Positions 20,423 through 29,218 of a stretch of DNA of 64,000 bases are shown one piece after another. Positions within the stretch are counted from its first letter, which is position 1; every line of letters starts with the position of its first letter. The notes under the pieces are model-generated. The model had not been told where the DNA came from. It saw nothing but the letters and a program-made list of their open reading frames with translations, and searched no databases. This DNA is from Opitutia bacterium (lineage in GTDB: Bacteria; Verrucomicrobiota; Verrucomicrobiia; Opitutales; Seribacteraceae), in NCBI GenBank assembly GCA_002716045.1, contig PAZC01000020.1:165220-229219 (forward strand). The letters run 5' to 3'. The translations under genes were made by a program, and so were the position numbers.

Positions 20423-22009
20423 TTAGTCGGCGTTCAAGATTTCGTTAAGTTCACCAAGAAGCCGCTTTTCCAAGCCAGGCCCATATCCGACGTGAATTTC
20501 GCGAATGATACCCTTCTTATCGATGATGACGGTTTGAGGAATGCCCTCCACACCGTATTTGTCGGCAATTTCACCTTCTGGGTCCAAACCGACGGTCAGG
20601 CCATCCCATTTTCTTTTCTTGAGGAATTTCTGGATGGTTGCCGGGCGTTCTCCCTGATTAACCGCGACAAGCACAACACCCTTCGCCTTGAGAGCATCGG
20701 TAGCCGCCTTGACCTCGGGCATGGCTTTCACGCATGGACCGCACCAAGTAGCCCAAAAATCTAGGACCACGACTTGTTTCCCTTCGGACGCGCTCAGCTT
20801 GAAATCATTGCCATCGAGCAAAGCAGTCTTGAAATCAGGGGCTTCTTCTCCGATCAAGTCCTCGGTGCCACCTTCCTCTAGATTTTCCAAAGGGTCTTGG
20901 CCGGGTATGCCCCCACCAATGCCATCCATCATGAAGCCTATATCCTCCATCGTCATCTCGGTGGAAAAAACAACGGATTTCTCTTTGGCCGCACTGGTAA
21001 GCTTTTGCACGAAGGGCGGCATGCCGGCACCTTCGCCGGCAGCGGCTAACTTAGCCATTGCCATAAGACCTTGGGAGAGCGTCCAGATTTGGACAGCGGA
21101 CTGCGCATCCGCGCAAGCTATGCCCACGTTGAGGCTCATCGTCTCGTCCTTGAAATGAAGACCAACCCCTAGTTCCTGCATCTTACCCATTACTTGAGCA
21201 AGACCGGCCATCATGGGGTTTTCGCTAAGCTCCTCGGTCGCTTGATCCAAGGCTTCCTCGGGCAGTGGAAGAGAAAACCACATCTGACTCGCTTCGGGAA
21301 GCGCCTTGCGCGCCTCAGAAGAAAAGCCTGCTCCTGCCTTGGCTTTAGCTCCAGAGAAAAAACGTTTTACGTCGGCAGTTTTGCCAATGGCAAAGAAACC
21401 TTCCTTGCCCAATGAACGAAGACCGAAAGACATAGGGAACGGGATATCTTCATCTTCGACAATTTCATCGGGCACCTCAAAGAGTGTGGCTCCCTTGAAT
21501 TCGCTCCTCGCATCCTCAAGCATCTTTCGTGTCTCGGGGCCATCCTCTTCCTCGGCTTTGGCCATTACAGTGCCAATCAGCTTTTCCACGTCCATCGGCT
21601 TGGCCATACGTCCAACAACTAAAAAACCGGCATTGGCTCCAAATTCAGGTTCTTCCCCCTGTTGGGCTGCGGTCATCAGATCATCGAGTCCGGTAAAGGA
21701 TATGGCGATTTGAGCCAAGTCATCGGGATCGATGCCAGTTAACTCAGTGAATTCAGCCATTTCCTCCGATGCATCGTCCAAGCCCTCCATGAATTCGGGA
21801 AACTTGGCTTCTGCCTTTTTGACAAAGCCACTTTTCTTTATGCCGCTCAGATCCAGGTACATGGCCATTTCGGTCTTTGGACCGAAAGCCGACTCAATGG
21901 AAAGAGCCTTGGGGGCATTTCCTTGAGAGAAAGCCACAAAAGGCATGGAAAAGATAAAACCAAGAACAAGTGATGTCTTGGACAGATTACGGGAGAACAA
22001 CGAATTCAT
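20423..22009 (-). CDS. Secreted TlpA-like thioredoxin-fold protein with a ~400-aa N-terminal domain of unknown function
   Basis: C-terminal redoxin domain with FWATWCGPC (CGPC at 20732-20743). Start trimmed to the ATG at 22009 (MNSLFSRNLSKTSLVLGFIFSMPFVAFS, signal peptide), which removes the overlap with the A2M gene. Confidence 0.75.
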   Translation of the reverse strand: MNSLFSRNLSKTSLVLGFIFSMPFVAFSQGNAPKALSIESAFGPKTEMAMYLDLSGIKKSGFVKKAEAKFPEFMEGLDDASEEMAEFTELTGIDPDDLAQIAISFTGLDDLMTAAQQGEEPEFGANAGFLVVGRMAKPMDVEKLIGTVMAKAEEEDGPETRKMLEDARSEFKGATLFEVPDEIVEDEDIPFPMSFGLRSLGKEGFFAIGKTADVKRFFSGAKAKAGAGFSSEARKALPEASQMWFSLPLPEEALDQATEELSENPMMAGLAQVMGKMQELGVGLHFKDETMSLNVGIACADAQSAVQIWTLSQGLMAMAKLAAAGEGAGMPPFVQKLTSAAKEKSVVFSTEMTMEDIGFMMDGIGGGIPGQDPLENLEEGGTEDLIGEEAPDFKTALLDGNDFKLSASEGKQVVVLDFWATWCGPCVKAMPEVKAATDALKAKGVVLVAVNQGERPATIQKFLKKRKWDGLTVGLDPEGEIADKYGVEGIPQTVIIDKKGIIREIHVGYGPGLEKRLLGELNEILNAD

Positions 22010-22089
22010 GATGAGAGGGGAATGAAAAAGAAAAAGGCAAACTTCACCGAACAAAGCAAAAGGGCAAGAGAGAAAAGGTATTAAAAACC

Positions 22090-25000
22090 CTATTCCACAA
22101 CCAAGCCAATGCTCTGGGAGTGACTGTTGAATTCGGGCGCATACATGCACTGAACGTTGGTCATGCCTGTTTGATATTGGCCACGGTGCTGCACGCGCAC
22201 GGAGTATTCAAATACATAGACCCCTTTCGGCAAGTAATCCAAATAGAAGTGCGAAGCCGTGTCGCGGGTGGACTCGTAATAACCCAAGCCATCCTGATAC
22301 TTGTAGCGTGATAACACGTTGGTGGGCTCGGTGCCACTGCCTCGATGATCCTTCATGTGGATGTACTCCATGTCACGATCCGTGCGGAGCTCGATGCGAA
22401 CGACCAACTCGTCGCCCACCTTGACTGCGCCGCGAACCGGAGAAATGACTGGGCCCTTCTTGGTGTATTCCTTGACGAAAAGACTCTTCTTCAGCTTCAA
22501 GGGAGTGGCTTCGTGCGGAGTAATCTTGGAGATATCTTCCATGTACTGCCAATGCACACTGCCCCAAGCAACGCCTTCATCGACCTTCTTAACCGTCACT
22601 TTGCCAAAGTCGGACTTGATTTCGGCTCCGGCAAAACGCTTTTCGTAGAATCCGGTGCCCGCTTCAACGTTCTCCGGCTTGATCTCCATGTTTGCCAAGG
22701 AAACCTTGACCAGTTCGTCGGAAGCCAGAAGGTCGCTGCCCCGCAAAAGAAGAGCGTAGACGGCGTCGGCGGTCGCCTTGGTGGTTTTCCAATCCTGCGT
22801 CTGCTTCTGCTTAAGCATCCACACCTTGCAGTCCTCCACCGCCTTTTGGTCGTTCATGACCTCGTCAAAGGCTTCGATCATGACGGCTTGCGTCTCGATC
22901 GGGGCGCGGTACCACCACCATGAGAATTCGAGGTCACGCCAGAACATGCCGAGTTCCTCGTCACTGACAGAGCGCTCCTTGAGAGACTTCATGATGGCCT
23001 TGGGGGTTTCCTTGTCCGTGCCGAAACGGGTCAGGGCGAGGGCAATGTGGCCTTCGGATTGTCGGTTGCCAACCTTTAGCCAGTGCTTCGCGGCTTGATC
23101 CAAGAAGTAATCGACCGCTTCCTTGGCCTGTGGATTGATCTTCTGGTCCTTGAGAAAGAAGCTTCGCCCGTAGAGGTAAAGGGCGATGGTCGAACTCATG
23201 TTGTTGTTTTCCTTGTTACCGTGCTTGAGGATGTTTCGGTAGGTCTTGTTGATCCACATGTCCAAGCGGTTGAGGGACTTGATCGCCAAGGAAGGATCGA
23301 CGTCTACACCAAGATGCCGAAGCCGGCCGAAGCCAGTCGTGATATAGAGCGTGATGTAATCGTTGGGGCGACCACCGGGGAACCAAGACCAAGCTCCACT
23401 GCCGTGCTGCAGTTCCTTCAATTTGCGGAAGGCCCGGGCCTGCTCGTCGTTGAGGCGGTTGTCGTCGAAGAGAATACCGACGTTGCGGCGGGCTTCGCTC
23501 TCCTTCTTGGCTTGGCGCACCCACGGGGTTTCCATCAAGGCGACGGACTTCAGGTCCTCGTTCTTCTCCAATGGACTGTCCAATGTCTTGGTACCTTTCC
23601 ATTGGTCGAACACCCGACGAATCTTGGGGTCGGAGTTAGCTATCTCGCGAGCCAGAGAATTGGCATAGAGTCGATTGAAGATTTGCTCCGAACACTCATG
23701 CGGGTATTCCATGAGATAAGGCAAAGCCATGACGGCATACCAAGCGGGATTCGAAACCATCTGAACGGTCAAGTTCTTGTGCTTGATGGTGTTGGACTTG
23801 CCCGACGCCAGAAGCTTGGCGAAATTGAATTGCTTGGTCTGTGCCCCTCGAATGGGAAGAGGCATGGACTCGGTGACGTAGATACGGCGTGACAAAACGG
23901 GAAGATATCCTTCCTCACCATCGGTAACCTTGCCTGTGCCACCCAAGGCGGTGTAGGTCAAAAAGCCGATGTCGTCGGGCACCTTGATTTTCCAGGAGAA
24001 GGTGCGGGACTGTTTGGCTGGCACCTCGAAGGCCAAGTCCGTGACCTTGTTACCCAACTTGGAATCCACCCGCTTGTTGGTGCGGGCATCGTTGAAGGTG
24101 AGGCGAACGGCTCCCTTTTGATTGGTGGGTGACTGGTTGGACACCTTGACGGTGAACTCGAGGGCATCCCCTTCCCGCAGGAAACGGGGTGGATTGGGCT
24201 GCACCATGAGGTCCTTGGCCGTGACCATGCTGTCAGTCAGGAAACCGGAACGAAGTTCCTTGTCATGAGCGAACCCGAGGAACTTCCATTGGGTCAAGGC
24301 CTCGGGCATGGTGAATTCCAAACGCACCTCGCCATCCTTGTTGGAAATGAGCTTGGGGAAGAAGAACGCTGTCTCCTGAAGATTCTTGCGCGCAGTCACC
24401 TTGGAGAGATCAGGACCCTTGGGAGCTCCGCCACGGCCTTCTCCACCGCCTCCACCTGATTCCTTGTCGGAAACCCCAGCGGAGGCGTTCAACGTTTTTG
24501 CCATGGCCATATCAGCCATTTCAGCCTGCGGCTCACCGGGTGCCATTGCAGCCATAGGCATGGGCATTCCTTCGGCGACGACACCATCCTCCATTAGCAT
24601 GGGACCTCTGCCATTGAAGAAATGCCTACCCCCATGGCCCCACAATGCGCCGATCATATCGGGACGCCATCCACGGTAATTCCAGTTCACTCGCTTATTG
24701 CTGCGCTTCCAACCACCTTGCAAATGACGGAAATGGAGCACGGCGTTCTCAAAACGTTGCGAGAGGTTGGAGCGGTCGCGTCGAAAAATACTGGAAAAGT
24801 TCTGCCGCCAATTATGGGGTTTGTAGGCGTCCAACGACTCATCGTAGAGAGCGGCGACCATTTCGGCGACTGCCTTGGTGGCGTCATTGCCTGTTATCAC
24901 GGCGGTCCAAGTTTCCTTGGTCGCCGGCTCCAGCTTGGATGTGAAATGTTCCCACTTGACGGACAAATCCTTGTTGGTCCATGGGACGTTGACCTGCCGG

Positions 25001-28000
25001 GTCGTCAGGTAGGCCCGGTTTTCCCTAACGTAGGTGACGTGCAAGGTGAACCCACCACGCATGGACTCGTCCACTTCTTGCTCAATGCTAGCTTGGGTCG
25101 CCTTTGCATCCGTCCAGAAAGCCTTCAGGGACTTGCGGCGGTGAATGATCTCAACGAAGGCACGACCGCGGGCATAGCCCGTGCCCCAGAGCGCTTCCAG
25201 GGATTTGCCGGGCTCCACTGTCCAAGTGGGAGCGGCAACGTGGTTGGGCACCTTGACCGCGAACCGCTTTGCCTTGGGATTAACCACGAGAATAGGCAGA
25301 AGCCCTTTGACCTCCTTGCCGAAGCGATCCTCAGTGGCCAAGACCGCACGATAGGCACCCTCCTTCAGGTCAAAGGAAAATTCCTTGTTACCCTCGGCGT
25401 CAGTGGTGAAGCCCTGAGTGGCAACCACTTCGCCCAACTCCCAGGAACTGGTGTTGGACATATCTGGCTCAGGCTTGATACCTCCGCCCATGCGATGGTC
25501 ATGAAAATGGTGGTGGCGATGCCCGCCGAGCTTGGCTCGCTGAACGCTTTCAGGCTCCTTGAGGCGATGCACCTTGAGAGACCCCTCGGCGATGCGGCCC
25601 TCGCCGTCTAGGGAGGTAGTCTTGAGGGAAACCTTGACGGGGTTGTCGGCAGTCTGCCAATCAGCCGCGGAGAGCGAGGCCTGCAAAGCGACGTAACCGA
25701 CGTTAACGGAGCGGTCTCCGGAGCGGGTCTCACCAGTGGTATCGATCACGTCGGCATGAACGGTATAGCTGAAGGTGGGTTCGTCCTTTTCGGGAACTGA
25801 CAAGTCCGGCTTGGCCATGAACTCGACCTCAAAGGAGCCATCGGCGCCGGTGCGGGCTGTTCCGTGGGAAATTTCCTGAGCTGGTGAAGATGGGAAGGGA
25901 CGCCACCAGTAATGCCACCTCAACCAAGGTGGAAAGCGCACTTGGCGAACCACCCGGTATTTCACCTCGGCGTCGTTCACGGCGGCTCCCGTGTAAGCCA
26001 TCGCGCTACCACGAACCTTCACTTTGCCACCAAGCTTGGCGGCCTCTGCGGGAGCATCGACAGTGACCTTGAATTTCGGGCGCTTGTATTCCTCCACGTT
26101 GACCTGAGTGGACCCACCGGGCGAACCCGCGCCCTCGATCTGAATTCGCATCATGCCCATGAGGCGGTCCCGCGGAGCAGTGAAGCTGCCATCGAAGGAT
26201 CCGTAATCGTTCGTTCGATGAGCATTGCGGGCAATCTCCTGATTGTTGCGATCACGGAAAACCACGGTCAGCAACTTGTTCGGAATCACCTTGTAATTGT
26301 CGTTATGCTGATCGACATGGTAGGAAATTCCCTTGTAGCGAATGGTTTGACCAGGGCGGTAGAGGCTCCGGTCGGTGAAGAACACGGATTGCTCGTAGGG
26401 CCTGCGCTGACTAACTCGGTCGTGCACGTAATAGTCGTTGGCAGTGGCCAAGGTCTGGCCTTGGTGTGAGGCGCGAATCGTCAGGCTGGTCCGATTGCTC
26501 TGCAATTGGAAGAGACCGTTGGCGTCGGTCCGAGTGGCTCGTTGCTCGACCTTGCGGTTGTTGCGTTCCCGTTTCCACGAACGAATGCTAGCTCCAGCAA
26601 TAGGCTCACCGGAAATTGCATTCAGTACAAAGCCCTCGACAGTGCCGGAACCATTGCGGGTCCGCATGACCAAGGACAGATCACTCACCCAAAAGCTAGA
26701 GTAGCTAACACGGTTTTCATCCTCGACGAATTCAGGATGATGACTGGCAAAGAGAAAATAAGAACCTGGCTCGAGACCTTCAGGGGCATCGATTTTCTCT
26801 ACACGCTGCTTGAAATCGTCGGTAGGAGGTAAATCAACGGCCCATTCCTTGAGGGGTTTAATACGCAACCACTCGGCCTTTCGGCGGTGATCAATGTATT
26901 CGGGGTGACGCTGAGTGTCCTCCAAACGCTTGACCCAATCAAAGGGAATAACCCGAAAATAGGCCTTGGTGAGGTTACGATAGTTTAAATCTATTTTCGG
27001 CATGGGCTTGTTCCACACCCGCTCCGAAGTGACCGAAGAGGACTTCGCCTCGATTTGGTTGAGCAAGTTGTGGCACTCGCTGCCTCCCACGCTCTCCGGA
27101 AACAAAGCCGCACCTCGCTTGACCAACTTGTGAGCCTCGGCGAGATCGCCTTCATTGTGAAGCACTTGGGCCCAGCGATACATGGCCCGGGCAGAAAGGT
27201 GATGGTCCGCCCACTCGGTGGTAAAGCGCTTCAATGCGGCCTTGTAGCGAGCATTTTTCTCCTCGCCAAAGGCCTTGTTGTGGCCAAAGCGAAGACGCAA
27301 AAGGTCGAGATCCACGAAGGCATCGGGATTGTCGTCCTCTTGGTGAAACTCGAGAAGGTCTTGGTATAGATTGATCGCTTTGATGGTAGGCGACTCGTCA
27401 TCTTCAGAGTCTATTTCCCAAGCGAGAAAAGCCTTGAGGTTGGCAAATATCGGGCTCTCCGCCATCAACTCGAAAGCATCTTGGGCCTTGGAACCAGCCT
27501 GCTCACCCATGGAATAAAACCGGAGAGCGTCATGGGCCACGAAATCGTAGAGGGTGGGACGAAAACTATCGGGAACCGTGCCTTGGTTCAAAAGGAAATT
27601 GTAGTCTCCCACGGATTCCTTCTTGAGGATATCGTGACTGGCCAATGTTTTTTGAAATTGCTTGTCGATTTCAGCAAGAATTCGAGGCAAATCCCAAGTC
27701 GTGATGTCATCGCCTGGGGCTTCCGCAGTGCGTGTCCTTTGCGTAAAGCGCCAACGGTTACGCTGAAAGTATTGTAAATACCAGTTTGCCAAAACCGCAT
27801 TCATCATGGGAACGAGCTCCTTGGGGGCTTTCGCCATCTCAGCCTCCATTCGAGCAATCTTCTCCTCCGGTTTGTTCCCTTGGATAGCTCCCTCCAAGTT
27901 GATCTTCTGGGCAATGGCCCGAATAGCTACAGCCGGCTCTTTTTCAGCGAGAGCCCGCTTGATAAGCGGATCCAGTTTTTCAATGGCCGTCTTTGGCAGG

Positions 28001-28128
28001 CCTTTCTTGGTGGCCTCCTCCACTTCCTCCCACTGGTCGACCAGTGAAGGCTTGGCGACTTGGGCGATGACCAATGCAGTAAGTGCGACGAATGACGATA
28101 CAAACAGAATACGTAGTGGATTCTTCAT
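22090..28128 (-). CDS. Alpha-2-macroglobulin family protein, 2012 aa, thioester motif present
   Basis: Signal peptide, a helical ~350-aa N-terminal region, repeated MG-like beta domains, and a CxEQ thioester motif YPHECSEQ (C-S-E-Q at 23683-23694) embedded in an alpha/alpha TED-like region. Confidence 0.9.
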   Translation of the reverse strand: MKNPLRILFVSSFVALTALVIAQVAKPSLVDQWEEVEEATKKGLPKTAIEKLDPLIKRALAEKEPAVAIRAIAQKINLEGAIQGNKPEEKIARMEAEMAKAPKELVPMMNAVLANWYLQYFQRNRWRFTQRTRTAEAPGDDITTWDLPRILAEIDKQFQKTLASHDILKKESVGDYNFLLNQGTVPDSFRPTLYDFVAHDALRFYSMGEQAGSKAQDAFELMAESPIFANLKAFLAWEIDSEDDESPTIKAINLYQDLLEFHQEDDNPDAFVDLDLLRLRFGHNKAFGEEKNARYKAALKRFTTEWADHHLSARAMYRWAQVLHNEGDLAEAHKLVKRGAALFPESVGGSECHNLLNQIEAKSSSVTSERVWNKPMPKIDLNYRNLTKAYFRVIPFDWVKRLEDTQRHPEYIDHRRKAEWLRIKPLKEWAVDLPPTDDFKQRVEKIDAPEGLEPGSYFLFASHHPEFVEDENRVSYSSFWVSDLSLVMRTRNGSGTVEGFVLNAISGEPIAGASIRSWKRERNNRKVEQRATRTDANGLFQLQSNRTSLTIRASHQGQTLATANDYYVHDRVSQRRPYEQSVFFTDRSLYRPGQTIRYKGISYHVDQHNDNYKVIPNKLLTVVFRDRNNQEIARNAHRTNDYGSFDGSFTAPRDRLMGMMRIQIEGAGSPGGSTQVNVEEYKRPKFKVTVDAPAEAAKLGGKVKVRGSAMAYTGAAVNDAEVKYRVVRQVRFPPWLRWHYWWRPFPSSPAQEISHGTARTGADGSFEVEFMAKPDLSVPEKDEPTFSYTVHADVIDTTGETRSGDRSVNVGYVALQASLSAADWQTADNPVKVSLKTTSLDGEGRIAEGSLKVHRLKEPESVQRAKLGGHRHHHFHDHRMGGGIKPEPDMSNTSSWELGEVVATQGFTTDAEGNKEFSFDLKEGAYRAVLATEDRFGKEVKGLLPILVVNPKAKRFAVKVPNHVAAPTWTVEPGKSLEALWGTGYARGRAFVEIIHRRKSLKAFWTDAKATQASIEQEVDESMRGGFTLHVTYVRENRAYLTTRQVNVPWTNKDLSVKWEHFTSKLEPATKETWTAVITGNDATKAVAEMVAALYDESLDAYKPHNWRQNFSSIFRRDRSNLSQRFENAVLHFRHLQGGWKRSNKRVNWNYRGWRPDMIGALWGHGGRHFFNGRGPMLMEDGVVAEGMPMPMAAMAPGEPQAEMADMAMAKTLNASAGVSDKESGGGGGEGRGGAPKGPDLSKVTARKNLQETAFFFPKLISNKDGEVRLEFTMPEALTQWKFLGFAHDKELRSGFLTDSMVTAKDLMVQPNPPRFLREGDALEFTVKVSNQSPTNQKGAVRLTFNDARTNKRVDSKLGNKVTDLAFEVPAKQSRTFSWKIKVPDDIGFLTYTALGGTGKVTDGEEGYLPVLSRRIYVTESMPLPIRGAQTKQFNFAKLLASGKSNTIKHKNLTVQMVSNPAWYAVMALPYLMEYPHECSEQIFNRLYANSLAREIANSDPKIRRVFDQWKGTKTLDSPLEKNEDLKSVALMETPWVRQAKKESEARRNVGILFDDNRLNDEQARAFRKLKELQHGSGAWSWFPGGRPNDYITLYITTGFGRLRHLGVDVDPSLAIKSLNRLDMWINKTYRNILKHGNKENNNMSSTIALYLYGRSFFLKDQKINPQAKEAVDYFLDQAAKHWLKVGNRQSEGHIALALTRFGTDKETPKAIMKSLKERSVSDEELGMFWRDLEFSWWWYRAPIETQAVMIEAFDEVMNDQKAVEDCKVWMLKQKQTQDWKTTKATADAVYALLLRGSDLLASDELVKVSLANMEIKPENVEAGTGFYEKRFAGAEIKSDFGKVTVKKVDEGVAWGSVHWQYMEDISKITPHEATPLKLKKSLFVKEYTKKGPVISPVRGAVKVGDELVVRIELRTDRDMEYIHMKDHRGSGTEPTNVLSRYKYQDGLGYYESTRDTASHFYLDYLPKGVYVFEYSVRVQHRGQYQTGMTNVQCMYAPEFNSHSQSIGLVVE

Positions 28129-28297
28129 GGCAGGCTGGTTTTCCGATAGCGGAAGTTAAATAAAGGGAGCTGTATACATAAACCCTAGTGCCCCCTCTTG
28201 GCAAACACCAAGACGCGCGCGAAAGTAACGTATAAAACTCATGTCGGATGTAATGACACTTAGCTGCATGGCTTCTTAGAAAAAAGTTCTCGTCAGA

Positions 28298-29110
28298 TTA
28301 TTGGGCTACCTTATCAACCAGCAACTCGAGCACCAGGGTCTTGCCTTCGGGATTGCCCTCACCCAAGACCACTACGACAGATCGACCAAGCTGAGTTTCC
28401 TGAGCAAATGCATAGCCTCCCCCTTCTAGAGAAATGGTGGCATCGACATCTGAGACCGTTTGTCTCTTGAGGTCCACGCGAGCAAATTGGCCTTCCTTTT
28501 CCAAGATCGCATGAGGGGCTGCATTGCCGGAGTCAACCCGCACCAACTTTATACCGCGTCGAGTCTGCCCGAGTTCGAGCCAAAAGGAACCACCTTCCTT
28601 GAGATGAAGGGAAATCTTTGGAGGTTTGCCCTTGATCTGAAACATTCCGCGCATCTCGACCTCATCCGCAAAGAAAGAATCTTCAGGCTTTGGGCGCAGC
28701 GAGCCCGGCTCTTTCTCTTTTGCGAAAAATGCCAGAGCTTCCCTGACCTTCCCCTCCATGCCGTCATCACCAACGGCTTGTTTGCCAGCGAAGGCGATTC
28801 CTTCCAAAGACACTCCGCCGTCATGGATTGTTGCTTTCAGGGAAAGATAAATGCCATCAAAAGCTGTCCCTTCGTCCACTTCCTTCCCAATCGAAATGGA
28901 GGCTTGCTGTCCTGATTTGGTAGTAATCCTTGGAGCCGAAAGCACATTTGTTCCATGTACCCCCACCTCCAGGAAACGGGCCGAAACCCTAACTTCAGGT
29001 TGGCTTTTCCCATCAACCGCCTGCAATTGGGAGCAAGGCAAAAAAGAGACAAGGGCAAGGGCAAGAAAAAGGGGGGTCTTCATTCGACCGGGTACAATGA
29101 TCCTTTTCAT
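28298..29110 (-). CDS. Hypothetical secreted protein with secretin-core-like N-terminal motif
   Basis: Signal peptide (MKTPLFLALALVSFLPCSQLQA). Possible ATG starts are at 29137, 29110 and 29083. The segment VRVSARFLEV...VLSAPRITTKSGQQASISIGKEV resembles the conserved secretin C-domain signature. The rest is unrecognised. Confidence 0.5.
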   Translation of the reverse strand: MKRIIVPGRMKTPLFLALALVSFLPCSQLQAVDGKSQPEVRVSARFLEVGVHGTNVLSAPRITTKSGQQASISIGKEVDEGTAFDGIYLSLKATIHDGGVSLEGIAFAGKQAVGDDGMEGKVREALAFFAKEKEPGSLRPKPEDSFFADEVEMRGMFQIKGKPPKISLHLKEGGSFWLELGQTRRGIKLVRVDSGNAAPHAILEKEGQFARVDLKRQTVSDVDATISLEGGGYAFAQETQLGRSVVVVLGEGNPEGKTLVLELLVDKVAQ

Positions 29111-29218
29111 ACATTTATAAACCTTTTTATATCCCATTCAAATGACGGCAACTGACAAAAAGACGCCGAAGACGATTTTCCGTTGCCCGTTTGACGACGG
29201 TGATGCAACTTTGAGCCG

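Noticed and set aside
24622-25611. 329-aa plus-strand ORF inside the A2M locus, plus several 100-270-aa ones at 22345-23892
   Set aside because: All are antisense to the continuous 2012-aa A2M reading frame, and none has a recognisable motif.
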